From: a virus | Lineage: Duplodnaviria; Caudoviricetes | DNA: 64,000 nucleotides | Direction: 5' to 3' (one strand) | Virus record (IMG/VR): IMGVR_UViG_3300010347_002584 | Span: 1,443-65,442 of that record | In this document: one piece after another, positions 10,129-20,105 of the stretch | How the letters are laid out: each line of letters opens with the position of its first letter | Position numbering within the stretch: position 1 is the stretch's first letter | Made by a program: the position numbers and the translations under genes | Notes under the pieces: generated by a model | Databases searched by the model: none | What the model saw: only the letters and a program-made list of their open reading frames with translations | Told to the model about the DNA's origin: nothing

Positions 10129-10542
10129 ATGAAAGAATTTGACTTCTATACAAATTATCTTGATGAGCAATTGGAAATAGCATTGGGTCCTATTCTTATT
10201 GGTGCATTTGTTGGTTCAATTATTGGACAGCAGATAGTCAACACACAAGACAAAAAAATGGGAGCTTGTTTTGATAAGGTAAATCAGTTGGCTAGAGAGA
10301 AAAAAATAGTTGGTTTTAATAACAAAAGGATTGCAATACTAAATTGTCGAATTGAATTTTGTAATAATATTTTAAAAAGTTTAAAAGCTAATAGATCAAA
10401 ATGCAATAAAAGTGCAGACCGAGATCTATGTCTTGCAAGACTTGATAAAGAAATAATGAAATTTCAAAAACTAATATATAGATACCAAAATGCAAAACAA
10501 AAAATTCAAACACAAAAGATAGCATTACCGAGATTAATATAA
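10129..10542 (+). CDS. putative virion protein, hydrophobic segment + Cys-rich domain
   Basis: IALGPILIGAFVGSIIG, CNKSADRDLC (C-x8-C). Start moved to ATG 10129 behind GAGGAG. Confidence 0.55.
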   Translation: MKEFDFYTNYLDEQLEIALGPILIGAFVGSIIGQQIVNTQDKKMGACFDKVNQLAREKKIVGFNNKRIAILNCRIEFCNNILKSLKANRSKCNKSADRDLCLARLDKEIMKFQKLIYRYQNAKQKIQTQKIALPRLI

Positions 10543-11648
10543 TGAAAGATTTACTATCAAAGAGTAATATCGACAAAGCTAGAATTAAAGCTTATTTAAC
10601 TCAAAGGGTTGCCCACGAATTGTCATCATTATCAGAACCTTGCTACTATCCATCTCTCAAAAAAGACTATTTTGAAATGCTTTCAATGTGCGGGCTAAAC
10701 GAGAAAGATATCAAAAATCATGTAAAAAAATTCTATGCTGGAACAAAAGCGGCAGGATTCTTACTGCAGCAAGATCCACAAAGAAATTTTATTATATTTA
10801 TGATGTATTATTTTTTACATCAGAGAGATGCAACTTCTTTTGTTACATCTATGGTATATACTATCATCAGAGAATATACAAATTATATGAGCAGTAATTT
10901 ACCATATTGTAATCCAGCGATATTTTCAGCATCTCTAGATAGAATTGCCAGAACACATTTGTTTGCAAGAGAAAAAACAATTCCAAATGCTCTCTATTAT
11001 CTGGCACAAGAACTAACAAAAAGATATACTAATATTATATATGAAGCAACGCCAGATGGTATTGCTAAATTCATTACAGAATCAAGACATAGAGTTGCTC
11101 AAAGTGTTAGAGGATTTTTGCGAACATATTATGAACTAAGTAAATCAGGAATAGGATACAGGTCACCACAGGAAACTGAATCTGGAGATGAGTACCAATA
11201 TGACTCGATGGATCGTGGTGAAAGATTAGTAACCGATATTACAAAGAAAATTACAGTTTATAGGGAAATAGATAGAAAAGCAATTGATGATGCAAGAAGT
11301 CTGACTAAGGTTAGCACATCTCTTTCAACATTATTGGTTGATAAACTTGGTAATACAAAATACTCAGATGATGTTAGGGGAATTCTAGTATTTTTTATTA
11401 AGGATTTAAATAATGTTAAAGAGATTTGTGGGAGTGCTTATTTTAAATATCTTAGAGATTTGATGGCAACGAAGAGAACTAATAAAGAAATATACTTCAA
11501 GAAGTTAATTTGGGATCTATTAGAGAAACTTATAGATGAGATTGGTTATAAAAATAGATTTAACAAATTGAGTTCTCAGACACAATTTCTTATTAGTTTG
11601 TTTCTTGCTTATTATATTACTATGGTCATGCGAAACTCAATTTGTTAA
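10542..11648 (+). CDS. hypothetical alpha-helical protein
   Basis: 368 aa ORF translationally coupled to the upstream gene. No motif recognised. Confidence 0.65.
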   Translation: MKDLLSKSNIDKARIKAYLTQRVAHELSSLSEPCYYPSLKKDYFEMLSMCGLNEKDIKNHVKKFYAGTKAAGFLLQQDPQRNFIIFMMYYFLHQRDATSFVTSMVYTIIREYTNYMSSNLPYCNPAIFSASLDRIARTHLFAREKTIPNALYYLAQELTKRYTNIIYEATPDGIAKFITESRHRVAQSVRGFLRTYYELSKSGIGYRSPQETESGDEYQYDSMDRGERLVTDITKKITVYREIDRKAIDDARSLTKVSTSLSTLLVDKLGNTKYSDDVRGILVFFIKDLNNVKEICGSAYFKYLRDLMATKRTNKEIYFKKLIWDLLEKLIDEIGYKNRFNKLSSQTQFLISLFLAYYITMVMRNSIC

Positions 11649-13040
11649 TTATCGTTTTATCATCTTTGCTGCATTATTAAAAATTTGCTGATATGCATTT
11701 TGACTTTGTGTTTGTTGTCTTGTTTCTTGCATTGTCCTTACAGCAGATTGGGTAACATTTGTTTGGATACCTCCATAATATCTCTCTTCTGCAGATTTTA
11801 ATGCAATATCTCCTGTTAATGCATTTCCTCCAGAATCAACAGCAATTTCTCCCATTTCTCTACTACGAAGATCTTGTATCGGAGGTGGTTCTGGAAGTTT
11901 CCCATTTGCGTCATCAATTATATCTTCTTCTATAATTGTTTTTTCTTCAAGGATTCTTTCTAAATCTGTTTCATATGGGTCTAATGCATCTGGAGCAACA
12001 GTTTTTGTAAATGTTTCTTGATTTGCAAATAATTCTCCTGGTGTAGCTCCCACTCCAATATTTTCTTCTTCTAAATCATAAATATACATAATATCATTTT
12101 TTTCTCTCATTGCTGCAATATATGATTTAATTGTTGGTCTATCTAGATCTTCCTTTCCTCCAGAAATTATACTACTATAAACATTGATGAAATCTAATCT
12201 AACATCGACTTGACCAACTCTTTGTGTCCATGCAACTTGACCTTGGTCACCACCTTTTGTTACTGTAACATTTGTAATTGCTCCAGCTTGTATATTAAAT
12301 AATCCTGGACATCTAATTCTGTGAAAATATGGCCATCTATATGACTCACCTGTCTCATCTGACATTGGAGAAGCTAATAATAAAATTAGAGCTAATGGTC
12401 CAAGTATAAATTTTTCATGTGCATCATCATCTGAAGGTTTTGGATTATATAATTTTATTGTTACTGAATACGAAACATTGAATGCACTATTTTTCCATAT
12501 TTGTGGGAAGTCGATTCTCTGTCCTGCGATTAATTTATTTGCTAATTGAGCTCCACCAGATTTTTCTTCTTTTAACCATTTGTCCATTTGTTCATTTTTT
12601 TGACCAATGAAAGAACCAATTGTACCAGTAATACCACCCATTTCTTTCGCAGAGTTAGCTAATTTTTTAATTGCTTCACTTCCTGTTTTTGTATTGGTCA
12701 TTTGCATCAGTTCACTCATTCCTTCAGATGCAACATCTGTCATTCTATTTAAGAATGTTTCTCCATATTCATTAGAAAATGTATCAGATGGAAAAGATTC
12801 TGCTTGAAATGCAAATCTAATTGGATCATTAACGGAGAATCCCAAATTCTCTAGTTTAGCATCAAAATTATCATCGCCGCCACGTCTAGCAGATTGTAAT
12901 GTATATAAATTAATAGCTGTTCCCATTGAAGGTGTACATGGCGTTATATCCAAAATGGGCATAGTATTTCGTTTTAAAATATCGTTGGACATTAATCTTC
13001 CTGCTGGTGGTAATCCAATGATATCTTCTAGTTTTATCAT
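11649..13040 (-). CDS. baseplate tail-tube cap / initiator (T4 gp48-like)
   Basis: YSVTIKLYNP...LLLASP...WPYF..I......ITNVTV..G....VDVRLDF pattern. Directly downstream of the tape-measure-like gene. Confidence 0.55.
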   Translation of the reverse strand: MIKLEDIIGLPPAGRLMSNDILKRNTMPILDITPCTPSMGTAINLYTLQSARRGGDDNFDAKLENLGFSVNDPIRFAFQAESFPSDTFSNEYGETFLNRMTDVASEGMSELMQMTNTKTGSEAIKKLANSAKEMGGITGTIGSFIGQKNEQMDKWLKEEKSGGAQLANKLIAGQRIDFPQIWKNSAFNVSYSVTIKLYNPKPSDDDAHEKFILGPLALILLLASPMSDETGESYRWPYFHRIRCPGLFNIQAGAITNVTVTKGGDQGQVAWTQRVGQVDVRLDFINVYSSIISGGKEDLDRPTIKSYIAAMREKNDIMYIYDLEEENIGVGATPGELFANQETFTKTVAPDALDPYETDLERILEEKTIIEEDIIDDANGKLPEPPPIQDLRSREMGEIAVDSGGNALTGDIALKSAEERYYGGIQTNVTQSAVRTMQETRQQTQSQNAYQQIFNNAAKMIKR

Positions 13041-13053
13041 TTATTAAATCCTC

Positions 13054-16000
13054 TTATCCGAAATCTCCAGTTAGAATACTTTGTAGAACTGGATCTTGTT
13101 GTGATCCACTTCCACTACCAGATTTATTACTTATTGCATTATTGATATTATTTGAAATAACATTTGCTACACTTAATAATGTAGCACTGGTTTCTCTTCC
13201 TAATCCACTCAATGCACCTTTCATATTCATTCCACTAGCGTTTGCTGCACTCGCTAACATATCAGCACTTGCATATGCATCACCAACTTGCATTCTAGCT
13301 ATTTCTTTTTGACTAAGTCTAACAGCTGGATATGCATCACCGACCTGACTTGTTCTTGCCATTTCAACATGCCATGGTTCAGATTTCTTTCCTGGTCCAC
13401 CACCCCAAGGTGGGAACATTGGTCTATAGAATCCATACTTCTCCATAAGACCACTTGTATAGAGTTCATTCGCTTGTCTTGAATCCATATCTATGGCGGT
13501 CCCTTTCTCGTGCCTTGAACGACCTGGGGGTGCTGCAAGGTGAGGTTTTGCAGCATACAGTCTTGCTTGTTCTTCTCTGGATCTAAATGCATCAGTAATA
13601 GTTAGTTTCTTTCCAGTAATTTGTGTATACTCTTTTGCCATTCCAGCAAACTTAGATGCAAACTCAGGATTCAATCCTTCAATATGAACACCACGTCCAG
13701 CTCGTGTAATTATTGAATCTGTCAGTGCCATGGTTCCAGTAGCTAGAACCTGAGCAGCTGTAGGAATTAATTCCCGATTAGATTTTTCAACAATTGATTT
13801 AACTTTATCTGGTGTAACAGCTGGTCTATTAAGCATATCAGCAAAGTTAACTGGTTCTTGTTTCTTAGCTGCCTCTGTAGCTTTTCCAGCTATGGATGTA
13901 GCTTGATCTTGCATTTCTTCTTTTAGGACTTTTCCAACTACACTATATCCTTCAAGAATTGCATCTCTTATTGCTATAGTTGTTTCAGGATCAACAGTTA
14001 CTCTTGATCTTGGTCTTGGATATGCATCTCCTTGCTCTCCTGCTACTCTTGCACTTATTGCAGCAGCTGATTTTTCATATTCACTTGCTGCAGCAGATCC
14101 TACAGCACCAAGAGCTTTCCCACCCATATCCATTGCTGCCCCTGCTCCGGATTTTAGTTTCTCTAGAACAGGTTTCAATATGGGTAGTGTTGCTCCAATC
14201 ATATCAAGAGCAACATCTTTTATCTTAACTATAAGATTTCCAATTAGTTTTGCAAAATCAACTATAACATTAAATAGATAACCAAATACACCTTCTTGTT
14301 TTATAGCATCAATTTGGTTATTGATAAACTCTTTTGCTTGAGTATATAGACTTTTGATTGTTCTGAATGGCCACATGATAAAGTCATATATACCTTTAAC
14401 AAATTCTTCTGCTGAACTCATTACTGGATCTATAAATTTAGAAATATTTTCAGCACCAACAAATCCCAAAACACCACCAGCAATTGCTCCAATTGCTCCA
14501 CCAATGGCAGTTCCAACACCTGGAAATACACTTCCAATCATCATTCCAAGACCAGCACCTTTTGCAACACCTTCCATTGCTCCTTCGGCGCCGCCCTTTC
14601 CACCAAGGAATCCACCGACTGCAGCAGCAGTTGTACTAACTCCCCAAGATTTAGCACTTTTCATTGCATCAAGTGCATCCATTACTCCCATTGCTCCACC
14701 AGCTAAACCTCCAGCAGCACCGAGCATTGCTTTTCCTGCTCCACCTGCTCTTTTAGCCCATCCTCTTCCCATCCCAGCTAAACCACCACCCACCATTCTT
14801 CCAGCTCCGGCAATACCTCTTCCTGCCAATTTAAATGGGAATCCTAAAACCTTTCCAATCAAACTTCCAATTGATGATATTGCTGGCATAATGAACATCA
14901 TAAAGAGATCCATTAATGTTCCACCAATATTTTTCACCAACCACTTCATACTATTGAAAAGAGTTTTTGGGAGTGTTATAAGAGTCCAGAATGCTAACTT
15001 AAATGGAAGCTTTATAAAAAACTTAGTCCATTCCCACATACCTTTTGCTATTTGTTTGGTATTTCTAGCAACAGCATCCATCTTATCTTTTAAACCATCA
15101 AACTTTTTACCTACAGCTTTTGGTCCACCTTTTAAGAAGTCTTTCCATGTTTCACCCTTTTCTTTAATTCCTTTTCTAAATCCTGATATTTTTTCTTCAG
15201 CTTTAATTTTTGCTTCTAACGCTTTTGCTTGTGCAGGACCAACAGCTGCAGAAACCATTGCTGTTGCTTCTTGTGGGGAACTAACAAATCTTAAAACATT
15301 TGAAAAAATACCCTTTGCTTTTTCTTTTGCAGCTGTACCACTAGATCCGACACCGTACATTTTTTCTACTGCTTTTTTATCATCATATCTTTGTTTTCTT
15401 AAACGAAACCAAGATCCTATTCTCCCATATACAGATGCCATCATTTCTTTGGCTTCTTCTGGATTATTTGCCATTAATATCATCTTCTCTTTTGTTTGTA
15501 CTGCTCTTTTACTTGCATTACCATATGCATCTATTGCTTTATCTTTAAGTCCTGCACCAGATTTTTTTCCAGTTCCCAACATTCCACTAAACCCACCGAA
15601 GAATCTGTATGAATTTCTTAAATCATCAGCTTTTGTAGTTGGAGCACCAATATTTGGAAGTGTTGGTGAAGCACCGCAAACACATTTAATAAGAGTAGCC
15701 AAATGATGAATTATTACATCAAGCTTATACATTCCTTGAGTAAATATTAAACCCAATGTTCCAGAAATTATACCAAGAGGGTTTCCTGTTGTTGGAAGCA
15801 TTCTTCTATATTTCCCTCTTGCATATGTAAAGAATTTTCCTATTGCTGCCACTGCACGAAAAAATCCAGCTAATTTTCTAACAAGAGGAAAATCCATAAA
15901 TGTCTTTACTAATCTAGTTTGAAATTCACCCATAAATCCAAGAAGACCATAACGAAGAAGTCTTAGTTCTTCTATGATTCTTTTGTTATCTTCTTTTGCA

Positions 16001-16746
16001 AGAGTGAATGACTCTTTAATAGTCTTCAAAAACTTCTCTACTGGAACTACAACTTCAGCTGCATGAAGTTTAGCAAGACCACCTTTTTCAACATAACCTC
16101 CAGACTGCATTGCAGGAACTCTTTTGAATCTTGCTTCCTCTCCCCTTTCTCTTCCACGCTTTCCAATATGAAAGAAATTTTTAAATCCTTCAATCATTCT
16201 GGAAAACATTATCTTAAACTTATCACCAACGCCAGAAAAGATATCTTGAAATTTCTGTCTTGTCTTTTCTGCCATTCTTTTGAAAATTGTAGTTTCAAAA
16301 AATTTAGACGTAAAATACCCGAGTATTGGTGATGACTTAGCAATTGCCATTGCAACTATATTTTGTTTATTAACACTAATATCAGAACTTACAGCTCTAC
16401 CATATTCTGCAATTGCTTCTTTTGTTGCCTTTGCTGTTTCAAGGGTTATCTTTTTAGTTCCTTGTGATAGATTATCAACAACATATCCCAATTTTTTGAG
16501 TATCTCATTTACAGAATTATGTATCTCTTTAACATCTTTGCTCTCTGCTAAAGGTGTTCTCTTATTCTTTGCTGTATTCTTTTGCTCTTCTAATTGTTTA
16601 ACCATTAATGAATTAATGGATCTAGACATTTGCTGCTGTTTCTTCGTCGCTTCATTTGCATCTCGCATAAGCTTGGACATTGAGTTTATTTGTTTTGATC
16701 TATCTATCCTAGGAGGTCCCTTTGGAGTTTTATCCTTTGGTGCCAT
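13054..16746 (-). CDS. tape-measure-like protein with C-terminal M15 (VanY-like) peptidoglycan peptidase
   Basis: 1230 aa, helical with Gly-zipper region. QSGGYV..GG.AKLHAAEVVVP. M15 motifs DAFRS..EQ..LY, PPGRSRHEKGTAID, EPWHVE. Confidence 0.75.
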   Translation of the reverse strand: MAPKDKTPKGPPRIDRSKQINSMSKLMRDANEATKKQQQMSRSINSLMVKQLEEQKNTAKNKRTPLAESKDVKEIHNSVNEILKKLGYVVDNLSQGTKKITLETAKATKEAIAEYGRAVSSDISVNKQNIVAMAIAKSSPILGYFTSKFFETTIFKRMAEKTRQKFQDIFSGVGDKFKIMFSRMIEGFKNFFHIGKRGRERGEEARFKRVPAMQSGGYVEKGGLAKLHAAEVVVPVEKFLKTIKESFTLAKEDNKRIIEELRLLRYGLLGFMGEFQTRLVKTFMDFPLVRKLAGFFRAVAAIGKFFTYARGKYRRMLPTTGNPLGIISGTLGLIFTQGMYKLDVIIHHLATLIKCVCGASPTLPNIGAPTTKADDLRNSYRFFGGFSGMLGTGKKSGAGLKDKAIDAYGNASKRAVQTKEKMILMANNPEEAKEMMASVYGRIGSWFRLRKQRYDDKKAVEKMYGVGSSGTAAKEKAKGIFSNVLRFVSSPQEATAMVSAAVGPAQAKALEAKIKAEEKISGFRKGIKEKGETWKDFLKGGPKAVGKKFDGLKDKMDAVARNTKQIAKGMWEWTKFFIKLPFKLAFWTLITLPKTLFNSMKWLVKNIGGTLMDLFMMFIMPAISSIGSLIGKVLGFPFKLAGRGIAGAGRMVGGGLAGMGRGWAKRAGGAGKAMLGAAGGLAGGAMGVMDALDAMKSAKSWGVSTTAAAVGGFLGGKGGAEGAMEGVAKGAGLGMMIGSVFPGVGTAIGGAIGAIAGGVLGFVGAENISKFIDPVMSSAEEFVKGIYDFIMWPFRTIKSLYTQAKEFINNQIDAIKQEGVFGYLFNVIVDFAKLIGNLIVKIKDVALDMIGATLPILKPVLEKLKSGAGAAMDMGGKALGAVGSAAASEYEKSAAAISARVAGEQGDAYPRPRSRVTVDPETTIAIRDAILEGYSVVGKVLKEEMQDQATSIAGKATEAAKKQEPVNFADMLNRPAVTPDKVKSIVEKSNRELIPTAAQVLATGTMALTDSIITRAGRGVHIEGLNPEFASKFAGMAKEYTQITGKKLTITDAFRSREEQARLYAAKPHLAAPPGRSRHEKGTAIDMDSRQANELYTSGLMEKYGFYRPMFPPWGGGPGKKSEPWHVEMARTSQVGDAYPAVRLSQKEIARMQVGDAYASADMLASAANASGMNMKGALSGLGRETSATLLSVANVISNNINNAISNKSGSGSGSQQDPVLQSILTGDFG

Positions 16747-16769
16747 TCTATTGTTTAATCTCCATTAAA

Positions 16770-17660
16770 TTACTTCACTAGATTTTTTATTGAACTATAT
16801 ATTTTACTATTTGTTTTAGTTTCAGAATATATACATATAACTTCTGAAACAATTATAAGCTCCTGAATTACCAAATATCTTAAATTTATTCCAAATGCAG
16901 TTTTGTAAGCTTTATAAATTGGATTTAAAACATGACCAAAATTATTTGCAGCCTTTTTAAATCCTCCTGCACCAGATAAAAGAACTTTTGCAGATAACAT
17001 ATAATCATTCAACATTTTTTCATAATCGCTCCTTTTCAATCCAGTATGATTTTTAAATGTTGAATCTAGTAAATTATAATAAGTTTTAAACTTATCCATT
17101 GTATAATAATTAGTCATTTCCATATTATATATAAATGTAACTATTGGCATAACATCGACTTTATTTTTTAACTTAAACATCTCAGTAAACATATCTGAAT
17201 AGAATTGCTGTAACTCATCTTTATAATTACTAAGAAAATTTGAATCCTCTTCAGCAACTTTATGCATCAACTCATGAATCGTATACTTAGCTAAAAGAGC
17301 TTTTGAATCTGATTCAAAGAATACATGATTATTATTAGTAACCACATATACTTTCTTATTTCTACTATCATAGAATCCTAGAACTGGAATTGATTCTGCA
17401 AATCTCTGGTTTGGATTTATTGTTTTATATTTTATGTAATCAAATATTCCTTTCTTGACTATACACGGAATTATAATTTTATTATTGACTAAATAATTTA
17501 TTGTACCAATTATAGGTTTTGTTTTAGGAGTATTTGCTAATGCATTTAAAAATTGTCTCCGCAAAACTGGAGATCCATATAATTTATATCCATCAAAATT
17601 TGCAACTGGATAAGTTATAAATGGAATAGGAACAACTTCAAACTCATTTATTACACTCAT
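16770..17660 (-). CDS. putative Zn metallopeptidase (HExxH)
   Basis: GFYD....VYV upstream of TIHELMH zincin motif. Confidence 0.55.
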   Translation of the reverse strand: MSVINEFEVVPIPFITYPVANFDGYKLYGSPVLRRQFLNALANTPKTKPIIGTINYLVNNKIIIPCIVKKGIFDYIKYKTINPNQRFAESIPVLGFYDSRNKKVYVVTNNNHVFFESDSKALLAKYTIHELMHKVAEEDSNFLSNYKDELQQFYSDMFTEMFKLKNKVDVMPIVTFIYNMEMTNYYTMDKFKTYYNLLDSTFKNHTGLKRSDYEKMLNDYMLSAKVLLSGAGGFKKAANNFGHVLNPIYKAYKTAFGINLRYLVIQELIIVSEVICIYSETKTNSKIYSSIKNLVK

Positions 17661-17666
17661 TAATAA

Positions 17667-19349
17667 TTATCCCCTATACATTCCTAGAATATCTGTAAAT
17701 CCTTGAACATCTCCATCCTCAACTTTCTTTCTGATGTCTTTCATAATCTGAGAATTTTCTGGTAACATATCAGGTTTTTTAACTCTTTGGTTATCTGTAT
17801 TCAATCCCATGATTTCTTTTAAGAAATCTCCAGCTTCTGAACCTTGTAAATTGATTGATAGTGGGGGATCCCATTTTCTGACGTAAAACGCCATTGCTGT
17901 TGATAGAGCAATATCATCTGTACAACCAACATCAGCTTCAACTTTTCCATTTGGTTTACTTATCAATCCAACTAACTCAAGAGCAAGTCTTCTTGACTTA
18001 ACCATTTCTGGAAATTGACTTACATAAGAATATAGTGCATCAATCATTAGCGGTCTTGTTTTTACGTTCGTATTAAGACCAGGTCTTATCCTATCTCCAA
18101 TCTTTTGCTTATATAACATATGACCATACTCACTTGAATTGAGAGACTCTATCACCTGGTTTCCATATGAGTTATCTTCTACAACAACAGTAGCATTTTG
18201 ATAATTGCCACATGCATACTTTATAACTTTAATAAAATCTTCTACCTTACATTTTCCCTGATATTCCCACACCTGCTCAAGAGTTTCAAAATCCCAAACA
18301 GTTGCAGCGGACTTATCCTCTCCATGTTCAGGAGCTGTATCTACCCCAATAAGATAGAACTTTCCTGGTTCAGAATCTTTAAATTTCCACACTTCACCAT
18401 TAAATAGTTTAAATACTTCTTTTGGTTCCGTAACAAGATCCTGTAAAACCATACAAGTCTTTTCATCAAAGAATGATCCAGAAGTTGGTAAGAACTTTAG
18501 TTCAAGCTCTTGCTGAATCTTTCTTGGATCATTATCAAACATTCGGCATTGGTTTAAATACCATTCTGGATCATTAGCTAATTCTTTTACTTGTTTCCAA
18601 TGAATAATAAACGGTTTGAAAATATCAGTCCCAGAACAAGAAGACATATATTTAGAATAAAACCATTTTCCTGTACCAACTGTTTTATTTGGTGTAGAGA
18701 GAATAACTGTTCCATGGGGAATTCCTCTCTGTCTAGCATGTCTCTGACTAGTTGCAAGGGCAGGTACCATACTAGTCCATGCATCTTCTATATACTCAAT
18801 AAATGCAGCTTCGTCAATAATCAAGAATGTAATAGCCTTACCACGAAGAGTTTTAGATGGTGCCTTTGGGTTTACTGTAGCTGCAAATACTTTTGATCCA
18901 TTTGTTAAAATGAATGACTGCTCAGTATACTTATCGAAACCTGGACCACTTGCTCCTTTTTTAGGTTTCATCCAGGATGGTAATTTTTCAATCATACCCC
19001 TGATTGAACGAGCAAAGTCTGTTGCCTCTTTTCCGTCTTTTGAAATAATACCAATAACTACGTTATCATAGAAGTTAGTTAACCATGCACAGTAAGCTTG
19101 AAGAACAGTTGAAATTCCAATCTGTCTTGATTTCAATACTAAAACATTTTTATATTTCTGAATTGTATCACATAGTTCCTTCTGTTTTTGATATGGATGA
19201 AGAAGCATATCCCCGCCAGGAAGTTCAATATATATATAACTATTACAAAAATAATCGAAGTTATTCTTACATTTTATAAACTCTTGAACCTTCTCCTCCG
19301 CAACATTCTTAGCTCGTTGAATGTTTTGATTAATAGATTGAGCTTGCAA
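17667..19349 (-). CDS. terL: terminase large subunit
   Basis: KSRQIGIS (Walker A), LIIDEAAFI (Walker B), STPN, RNase H-like IGVDTA and DDIALS. TTG start behind GGAGG. Confidence 0.92.
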   Translation of the reverse strand: MQAQSINQNIQRAKNVAEEKVQEFIKCKNNFDYFCNSYIYIELPGGDMLLHPYQKQKELCDTIQKYKNVLVLKSRQIGISTVLQAYCAWLTNFYDNVVIGIISKDGKEATDFARSIRGMIEKLPSWMKPKKGASGPGFDKYTEQSFILTNGSKVFAATVNPKAPSKTLRGKAITFLIIDEAAFIEYIEDAWTSMVPALATSQRHARQRGIPHGTVILSTPNKTVGTGKWFYSKYMSSCSGTDIFKPFIIHWKQVKELANDPEWYLNQCRMFDNDPRKIQQELELKFLPTSGSFFDEKTCMVLQDLVTEPKEVFKLFNGEVWKFKDSEPGKFYLIGVDTAPEHGEDKSAATVWDFETLEQVWEYQGKCKVEDFIKVIKYACGNYQNATVVVEDNSYGNQVIESLNSSEYGHMLYKQKIGDRIRPGLNTNVKTRPLMIDALYSYVSQFPEMVKSRRLALELVGLISKPNGKVEADVGCTDDIALSTAMAFYVRKWDPPLSINLQGSEAGDFLKEIMGLNTDNQRVKKPDMLPENSQIMKDIRKKVEDGDVQGFTDILGMYRG

Positions 19350-19373
19350 TTTGAGTGCAAACCTCCTGTGTCA

Positions 19374-19388
19374 TTTATAATTTGTTCT
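19374..19388 (-). promoter_or_regulatory. putative phage late promoter motif AGAACAAATTATAAA
   Basis: 20-bp identity (ATTTATAATTTGTTCTAAAA on +) with 21868-21887. Upstream of the terL RBS. Confidence 0.6.
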
Positions 19389-19396
19389 AAAATATA

Positions 19397-20095
19397 CTAA
19401 AGACTATGGTTAAAATAAGTAATTACAGATTTTACAACAGCATCAGAGATTACATTGATTATATAATCACTTCTTAGAGTTAATTCGTCACTCCTATTAA
19501 CTATAATACCACATTCTAATAAAACAGCCGGATATATTGATTTTAATAGAAATAAATCATCATATCTATATACACCATATTCTTTATTTAGTAGTTCCCT
19601 ATTTTCCCCCTTAACAGGTTCGGTATGATGATATGTAGGATATAGTCCAGCTTCGGTCATAAATCTTCCAAGTAAATTAGCGAATCTTAAACTATTTTTG
19701 AATTGTTCATTCTTTTTAGATACAAATATTGAAAATCCGCTAAACTTATCAGAATAATAATATTCTTTTCCCTCAAACTTCCAAGTTGATAAATGATGTG
19801 GTTGAACAGAATCATGATGTATAGATATTACCATATCTGGATTATATTTCTTTATTCTTTTAACTCTATCAGCTAGTTCCATATTTGATGATAAATATAC
19901 TTCAAATCCTTGATTAGCAAGTTTCTTCGATATTACAATTCCAGTTAAATAATTAAATAAAATCTCAGGATTTCCTCTTGCACTTATAACACCAGGTTTC
20001 TCTACTGTGTGTCCAATATCAATAATGATTGTTTTGGCAAATGAAAATGTTGAGAATAGTAGAACTAGAATAATAGATAGAAATAGCTTTTTCAT
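19397..20095 (-). CDS. N-acetylmuramoyl-L-alanine amidase (Amidase_3) with signal peptide
   Basis: IIIDIGH, E, SIHHDS, AVLLECG Zn-amidase motifs. N-terminal signal sequence ending FSFA. Confidence 0.85.
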   Translation of the reverse strand: MKKLFLSIILVLLFSTFSFAKTIIIDIGHTVEKPGVISARGNPEILFNYLTGIVISKKLANQGFEVYLSSNMELADRVKRIKKYNPDMVISIHHDSVQPHHLSTWKFEGKEYYYSDKFSGFSIFVSKKNEQFKNSLRFANLLGRFMTEAGLYPTYHHTEPVKGENRELLNKEYGVYRYDDLFLLKSIYPAVLLECGIIVNRSDELTLRSDYIINVISDAVVKSVITYFNHSL

Positions 20096-20105
20096 TTTAG
20101 CCTCA

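Noticed and set aside
14354-15706. 450-aa + strand ORF
   Set aside because: Antisense shadow of the Gly/Ala-rich tape-measure region. Its Pro/Ala/Ile/Phe composition mirrors the reverse-strand codons.
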